From positions 135,450 through 199,449 of the forward strand of contig CAZRMW010000001.1 of the NCBI GenBank assembly GCA_964601305.1: a DNA stretch of 64,000 nucleotides. Reading direction: 5' to 3'. Under the pieces are notes generated by a model, which saw nothing but the letters and a program-made list of their open reading frames with translations, did not search any database and was not told the DNA's origin. Of this stretch, positions 60,054-64,000 are shown one piece after another; position 1 is the first letter of the stretch; each line of letters begins with the position of its first letter. A program made the translations under genes and the position numbers. The stretch comes from an uncultured Candidatus Saccharibacteria bacterium (GTDB taxonomy: Bacteria; Patescibacteriota; Minisyncoccia; JAHISW01; Tagabacteraceae).

Positions 60054-60947
60054 TTATTTTTTGGAAGGCAACCTTCCCACTAGTTCATAAATATAGTCCT
60101 TTACATCTAATGTTGTCCTCCAGCCAAACCACTCACACATTTTACTTACATCAATCGTAGAACTATTCCTGTCCCCCTTTTTCTTCGCTTTCCAATCTAT
60201 TTCTCCACCGAAAAATCCGGCAATTTGTTTTATAGAATACGTGTTTTCAGGACCAAGACAAAAACCATCGCCAACTCCATTTTCTCCTACCATTATTAAT
60301 CCACGTACAACATCTTTTACCCAAGTAAAAGCTCTCCTCTGTTCACCTTTCCCGTATATAATAAGTTTCTTACCTTCTTGCATCGCTCTTGCATATTTAG
60401 CGATAAGAGTGCCGTATTTTTTACTGTCATTTTCTCTCTTGCCAAAAACATTATAAAAATAAACTATAGCATAAGGCATTTTAAACCAGTCTCCATAATT
60501 TTTTACCCACTCCGTATTATCTGCCTTTGATCGCGCATAGGGCGAAGAATTTATATCACCGATACTATCCCCAAATTTTGTACTAGATCCTGCATAAACA
60601 AGTTTTATTTTATGTTTTTTGCAAAAATCCAAAACTGCTCGTGTCCCCACGACATTAAATAAGTTTACAAGCCTTACATCAGTAAAACTCGTCAAAACTC
60701 GAGAATATTCTCCTAAATGATAGATAACATATGGCAAATCAATCGAATTTTCTTTTAATACTTCACCTATGCCCCCCGTAAAACCTTTTATATATCTGAC
60801 TCCTGCAATATGATTTTTTTCGCTACCAGTAAAATAATTATCCAAAGACACGACATTGTGTCCATTTTTTAATAATTCTTCTACTAAGTGCGAGCCTATA
60901 AATCCAGCTCCACCAGTTACAAGAACTATTTTATTTTTATTCGACAT
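60054..60947 (-). CDS. NAD-dependent epimerase/dehydratase
   Basis: TGGAGFIGS, YARSK, YNVFG. Confidence 0.9.
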   Translation of the reverse strand: MSNKNKIVLVTGGAGFIGSHLVEELLKNGHNVVSLDNYFTGSEKNHIAGVRYIKGFTGGIGEVLKENSIDLPYVIYHLGEYSRVLTSFTDVRLVNLFNVVGTRAVLDFCKKHKIKLVYAGSSTKFGDSIGDINSSPYARSKADNTEWVKNYGDWFKMPYAIVYFYNVFGKRENDSKKYGTLIAKYARAMQEGKKLIIYGKGEQRRAFTWVKDVVRGLIMVGENGVGDGFCLGPENTYSIKQIAGFFGGEIDWKAKKKGDRNSSTIDVSKMCEWFGWRTTLDVKDYIYELVGRLPSKK

Positions 60948-60971
60948 TTTGTCCCCCTAAATTTTCAAGGT

Positions 60972-63179
60972 CTATGGATTTCTTCCAGCTCGTATTTCAT
61001 TTATAAAATACTCTCCTTGCTGTTTAAAATCTGGCGCCAACTGCATAGCTTTTTGAATATTTTTTATGGCTTCTTCCCTTTCTCCCAAATTGAGATTTGT
61101 TGCTGCTAGACTAATGTAATTTTGTGGATTTGTAGGCTCCACTTCTGTCAATCTTAGCCAAACTTTTTTCACCTTCCTGTAGTCGCCAAGCCCAACAAAT
61201 GCATTTAAAAAACTTTTGTTTAAAACCGATTCCTTGCCGTGCATCTCCTCTATCTCAAAAATAATTTCACTTGCATAGTCTTTTTGTCCTGCAGAAACAG
61301 CAACTCTTGCTAAATTAGCGCCGGCTGCAATATAATTTTTGTCTAATTCGTAGGCTGTCTTTAAAACTCCAATCGCTTTGTCTAGTTGGTTTGTAGACAA
61401 ATAAACATCTGCCATACCAAATAATATTTGTTGTTTTTTTGGAGAAAGCTCTAGCGCTCTCTCAAAAGTTTCTATAGATTTTTCAAACAAGCCGCTCCTC
61501 AAATAAATATTGGCTAAAAAAGTTTGAGTCCGAGTACTTTTTGGATGTTCTTTTGCTTGTTTTTCCATTTCCTCTATTGCTTTATTTAAAACTTTTATCT
61601 TATCTTCCTGAGAAACACTGCCACTCATGGCAATATTATTTGCATAGCCAGCAAGCTGTTCGCGGGCTTCCCCTGTACCAAAAGTATTATAAGAAAAAAC
61701 TTTGTCATACATAGACAACACCACATCAGCAGAAGCACCTCCTCGAGTAGCTCCCAAGGCCTTGAGCAAATTGTTTGAAGCTAAAATTGGCTTAACATTT
61801 GCAAAATAAATAGAAAAAATTACAAAACAAAAAACGAATGTAATAAGGATATAGGCTCCTATACTCATATCTTCTTCTTTAATTTTTTTTGCAGGTTCTT
61901 CTTGTCTGTCATTTATACTAGAAAAATGAACAAACCCCAACACAGAGAAAAACATAAAATAAGAAGTCAAATTATCAAAAACGAAAAGGTTATGGAAAAA
62001 ATAAGCGACAAAAAGAGAAACTATTGTAGCAAATTCAAACAATAGTATCTTCTTTTCTTTAAAAAGTTTTTTAAGAGCTAAAAGAGAAAAAACAAATATG
62101 CTTATGTAGGCCAAAAAGCCAAGAAGCCCTGCACTAATTAGCCAATCAAAAACAACATTATGAGATCTATCAAACCAAGCCTCCTGTTTCCATAATTTTG
62201 GCTCAAAATACTTATTAAAAACTTGATTATAATTTTCTATTCCCCACCCCATTATTGGATACTCTTGCAATCCTTTCATAGACATTCCCCAAATTGTAAA
62301 TCGAGATTCAACTGTTGTTTCTTTAAGAGATATAGAAGCTAGTCTTCCAAAAACATAGTTGTCTCTTATAAAAGGAGCGTCTTTTAAAGCAATGAATAAA
62401 ATTACCAACAAAACCACTCCTGCTCCACCAAGAAGAAAAGTTTTCTTAACTCTTTTATTTTCTGAAAAAACACCTACTAACAAGGCAAAAAGAAAAGATG
62501 CACCAATAAGTCCGAGTATTGCTCCCCTAGTAGCAGTTCTAAAAACAATAAACAGTTCAAAGAAAATTAAAGCTGCGAGGCCTGCTCTAATCCAAGTATT
62601 TTTATTCCAAAAGAAAAACAGTAAAGCAATAAAAATATTAAAAATTAAATATATAGCCAAATATCCAGAGTTACCCAAAGTAGCATCTAAGCGCACATCG
62701 CTTTGATATACAGATATTTTTCCCAAAGACTGAAGAAAACCATAGCAAGCCACCACAAAACCAACAGCCAAATTTGTGCCCAGAAAATACTTCCAAATCT
62801 TTTTTGTTTGAAAAACGCTTGTTAAAATTAAAAAGTAGGCAAAGAGGTGTATATGCCCTATAAGCCCCTCCATTCTTTCATAATTAGACCAAAAACTTCT
62901 ATATGGATCTTCACCAAATATTGTAGAAACAGACAAAAACAAAAGAACGGCAAAAAGAGAAATTAATATTGGAGAAAATTTTGGTCTATATTTTTTATCA
63001 AAAACTGCAATAAAAACCCAGAAGAAAAATAATATCTCAACTACTATTCTAAAGAAGAAGTTTTTTCCAGTAATAAACGGAAAAAACATTGAGCTAGAAA
63101 TAATAAGCGACAAGACAGGAAGTATAAACAACCCCGCAACTATGATATAAGAAATATATTTTATGGATTTTTCGGACAT
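60972..63179 (-). CDS. O-antigen ligase-like (Wzy_C) membrane protein with C-terminal TPRs
   Basis: Multiple TMs, TLGN, TATRG, GWG.ENY, RSHN, TPR tail. Confidence 0.85.
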   Translation of the reverse strand: MSEKSIKYISYIIVAGLFILPVLSLIISSSMFFPFITGKNFFFRIVVEILFFFWVFIAVFDKKYRPKFSPILISLFAVLLFLSVSTIFGEDPYRSFWSNYERMEGLIGHIHLFAYFLILTSVFQTKKIWKYFLGTNLAVGFVVACYGFLQSLGKISVYQSDVRLDATLGNSGYLAIYLIFNIFIALLFFFWNKNTWIRAGLAALIFFELFIVFRTATRGAILGLIGASFLFALLVGVFSENKRVKKTFLLGGAGVVLLVILFIALKDAPFIRDNYVFGRLASISLKETTVESRFTIWGMSMKGLQEYPIMGWGIENYNQVFNKYFEPKLWKQEAWFDRSHNVVFDWLISAGLLGFLAYISIFVFSLLALKKLFKEKKILLFEFATIVSLFVAYFFHNLFVFDNLTSYFMFFSVLGFVHFSSINDRQEEPAKKIKEEDMSIGAYILITFVFCFVIFSIYFANVKPILASNNLLKALGATRGGASADVVLSMYDKVFSYNTFGTGEAREQLAGYANNIAMSGSVSQEDKIKVLNKAIEEMEKQAKEHPKSTRTQTFLANIYLRSGLFEKSIETFERALELSPKKQQILFGMADVYLSTNQLDKAIGVLKTAYELDKNYIAAGANLARVAVSAGQKDYASEIIFEIEEMHGKESVLNKSFLNAFVGLGDYRKVKKVWLRLTEVEPTNPQNYISLAATNLNLGEREEAIKNIQKAMQLAPDFKQQGEYFINEIRAGRNP

Positions 63180-63281
63180 ACCTTTATATACGAGTATACA
63201 ACCAATTTAGCACGAGAAAAGTTTTTTGGAAACATTTTGCCCTAATATTGAATTTTAAATATAAAGTGATAGTATAAAGTA

Positions 63282-64000
63282 ATGATTTTGTCAAAAAATA
63301 AAGGGGTTTTTACCCTTCTTTTGGGAGATTTAGCTCTTTTTTATGTGAGTCTCTTTTGGGCTCTTTTTTTTCGATATTTAGGAAACATTACTTTTAGTGC
63401 GTGGGATATCCATCAACTTCCTTTTCTGTTTATACATATTGTTTGGCTTTTGGTTTTTTATGCTAGCGAAATGTACGACACAAGTATATTCCCATCTCTT
63501 AAAAAAACTTCTGAAAAAGTTCTAAAAACTATGGCTGTAGCCACTGTAGTAGCCACTCTTATTTTCTACCTAAACTTAGCCCCAGGTGTAGAAATCACAC
63601 CAAAAACAAACTTATTTATAGATGCTGGTATTTTAACAGTACTTTTAATTTTATGGAGAAGATTTTTCTGGAAACTAAACAAAAATGCATCAAAGACCAA
63701 TGCGATGTTTTTAGGAGAGTCAAAAGAAGTCGACGAAATCATAGAAAAATTAAAAATAAATCCCCACTTAGGATATTTTCCGAGCGTCGTTTTAAGTAAT
63801 TTTTCTAAAAATTTAAAGAAAATAATAAAAGAAAAAAATATACACCTAGTTGTAGCCTCAAAAAAATTTTTAGAAGATCAGGAGTATTCTAAAAAACTAT
63901 ACGAAGTAATTCCTCTCGGAGTAAGTATTATAAACCTGCCAAACTTTTATGAAATGCTTTCAGAAAAAATACCAATTTCAAGAATAAGCGAAGCATGGTT
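63282..64000 (+). CDS. Polyprenyl-phosphate glycosylphosphotransferase (WcaJ/WbaP-like), N-terminal part, truncated by the window edge
   Basis: Manual translation MILSKNKGVFTLLLGDL..., four TMs, NPHLGY, FYEMLSEKIPIS. Confidence 0.7.
   Translation, partial: MILSKNKGVFTLLLGDLALFYVSLFWALFFRYLGNITFSAWDIHQLPFLFIHIVWLLVFYASEMYDTSIFPSLKKTSEKVLKTMAVATVVATLIFYLNLAPGVEITPKTNLFIDAGILTVLLILWRRFFWKLNKNASKTNAMFLGESKEVDEIIEKLKINPHLGYFPSVVLSNFSKNLKKIIKEKNIHLVVASKKFLEDQEYSKKLYEVIPLGVSIINLPNFYEMLSEKIPISRISEAW

Overview
Low-GC bacterial window whose gene content suggests Patescibacteria/Parcubacteria (CPR), genetic code 11. This is inferred from the split transketolase-rpe-pfkB block, secG followed by a peptide-binding protein, few Shine-Dalgarno sites and CPR-type RAYT/NYN genes. 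The first 19.6 kb (minus strand, running off the left edge) is an unusually large His-Xaa-Ser (Hxs) RiPP-like cluster. It contains hxsD, an hxsD-like gene, hxsB and a 27-repeat His-Xaa-Ser precursor with a Cys-rich tail. It has at least 10 radical SAM genes (11 domains, including one B12-dependent enzyme and one tandem fusion). It also has two methyltransferases, a DUF2156-like transferase, a glycosyltransferase, a strongly diverged TsaD/TsaC pair and a small secreted repeat peptide. The rest is mostly housekeeping: class II RNR, U32, htpX/lemA, groEL/ES, secG, rnj, ychF, rpsF-ssb-rpsR, recA, ftsK, S41 protease, pentose-phosphate genes, three tRNAs, two RelB/RelE-type TA pairs and envelope glycan genes. 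Several signals fall outside the ORF track. These are a ~340-nt structured ncRNA candidate with its own promoter and terminator, RAYT-associated palindromes inserted in-frame into conserved proteins, and a MITE that landed twice on start codons. Also seen are a synonymous duplicate of the rnj 3' end, a UGA-interrupted redoxin and an orphan DGR-target-like gene. All calls come from reading the sequence; no searches were run.
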